64,000 bases of DNA from Anthoceros angustus (taxonomy: Eukaryota > Plantae > Anthocerotophyta), in NCBI GenBank assembly GCA_010909165.1, contig MU008196.1, forward strand, positions 248,001 through 312,000, in the 5' to 3' direction. Of this stretch, positions 62,401 to 64,000 are shown piece by piece. The stretch's first letter is position 1, and every line of letters starts with the position of its first letter. The notes beneath the pieces were generated by a model. That model was not told the DNA's origin, did not search any database, and worked only from the letters and a program-made list of their open reading frames with translations. Made by a program: the position numbers and the translations under genes.

Positions 62401-64000
62401 GCATAAGATTGGCCGCCACACAAGACTTGAGGAGAGTGCAGCGGCCAATCTCTTACAAATTGCTTGCAACCAGGAAATTGCTAAGAAACTCCCCTCCGAC
62501 CGCAACTGGAGAAGGGCAGCCGGAGGTTCCCATTTGGAGGGCGCCGCCGATGATGGTGCCGCTATAAATTGGCCGGTCCCAAGTGTGATGCAGATGATTG
62601 GAGAAATCGCCGATGGAAAGATTCCTGCAGTCGGTGGAGCCATGCTGATGCTCGATGGAGTGGTCAATGGAACCAAACTGAAGCTGATGGGAATGAAAGG
62701 AGCCAATCAGTTGCTCAAAAATTATCAAGAGGATGCAGGACTCCGCCGCCATCGCCGGTGTATACGCCATCTGGTCCTGTGTGTATGCCCATTCATGTTT
62801 ATCTCTCCTCCTCAGACTCGGAGAATGATGATCCTACAGAGAATAGAAGATCCAGCTCCCCATGTTGTAGAAATAAGCAGACGATAAAGGCTAATTGTGA
62901 GGCACCAGTAGATGAAGCCGGGAGGGCCTACTGCGAAGGAAGCCCATCTTGGCAGGCACGTGTGGTGCGCAGAGATATCTTGGCAGATGCTGAATACACC
63001 GAAGAAATGGCCAAATATACAGCTAGTATGATGTCCTAGATATATTCTGATTGATGTCCAAATATCAGCAAATAACTGAATGATGTCGGAAATAAATAGG
63101 ATGTTGGATGTGCAGGATATGAACAGAGGATGATGGAAATGGAAGCACATGAGAGGGTGGATAAAGGGAATCCAAGGGAAAATCATCATGATGAGAGTAA
63201 GAAGAAGTGGTAATTCGAATCTCAAAATTAAAGTTTTACGTGAAAACTAAAGCATGATTATTGTGATTAGGTAATGAGAAGTGCGTGGGCACTGGAGGGA
63301 TTAGACTAGCTGTCCCTAAGATGATGATAATCAATAGCTCTTAGGCAGAAGAGATACAATACAAATGAATTAATTAAAGAGTAAAGTACAAGCCTTTATA
63401 TAGGCTAAGTGGTTGAGGTGGTTAGGTAGTTATAACAATATGTTGTTGTAACCACCAAGTTGTTGTCACCACCAAGTTTTTGTAACTACTAACAACTAAC
63501 TACCTAAAGCAACTAAATAGATAACTACCTAATGCCCTAGAAAATAAATTAATGTTTAAGTGATGTGGACCTAATGAATAGTGCCCTAAACTAGATATAT
63601 TTCATCACTCCCACTCACTATGAATGTAGGGGTGAACTCTAGCTTCAAAATGAGGTCTAAAACATCAATAGACTCCCACTTAATCTAAAGCTATTAGCTT
63701 AAAACCATAAACTAAAGCTAAAAAGGTGAAGATAATATACAAAACCTGTACAAAGTTTTTTCGTGCAGTGGTCCAACGGCGCTGGTACATAGAGCTCCAT
63801 CAAAACTCTGGAGTTAAGCGTCCGGTCCAACGGCGCTGGTACATAGAGCTCCATCAAAACTCTGGAGTTAAGCGTCCCAAGCCCGGATCAGTATCGGGAT
63901 GGGGAACCTATATGTTTTGATAAATAAAAATCGGAGAAGCTGCTTATCCATCGAACCATCCCCTGCCACCCCATTGGTGGGTGCGAGGTGCACGGCCACC
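55790..64000. repeat. Fold-back 4: spacerless palindrome centred at 59892/59893, right arm runs off the window
   Basis: ctcctcttcttgcagaacagaca|tgtctgttctgcaagaagaggag; mirror ORFs 58571-58861 and 60914-61204 are identical. Confidence 0.95.
63322..64000 (-). mobile_element. Copia D, copy 5 (3' LTR 63322-63607, PPT and adjacent interior; partial)
   Basis: TAAGA at 63317-63321, then tgatgataat...tttcatca, then ctcccactcac (PPT). Confidence 0.88.

Overview
Eukaryotic, most likely plant, repetitive DNA. I see no intact host gene, RNA gene, CRISPR array or prokaryotic system. Only about 17 kb is unique (1-~17200): a nest of frameshifted LTR retrotransposons. It contains two fused Ty1/copia gag fragments (1-2968), a Ty3/gypsy-like LTR end with a tRNA-Asp-type PBS (2969-3093), and a poorly resolved, possibly LINE-derived stretch (3100-5430). 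It also holds a full-length Ty1/copia element (6867-14288: two LTRs, PBS-Met, PPT, TAAGA target-site duplication, gag-PR-IN-RT-RH) inserted into the 3' region of a related copia, and a gypsy-like LTR with a stuttered PBS (15200-16200). The rest of the window is this block copied in alternating orientation through nested fold-backs at ~16200, ~17170, 31708 and 59892, giving a ~56 kb palindrome built from smaller palindromes. Arms of the 31708 fold are nearly identical, including their frameshifts, while arms of the ~17170 fold differ by many small indels. A long-read or whole-genome-amplification fold-back artefact is therefore the most likely explanation, with an in vivo hairpin-driven amplification as the alternative. 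The best biological leads are the extra antisense ORF-like, possibly spliced, regions 3' of pol in two related copia elements and the LTR-end+PBS tandem stutter. All alignments were done by eye and many boundaries are approximate.
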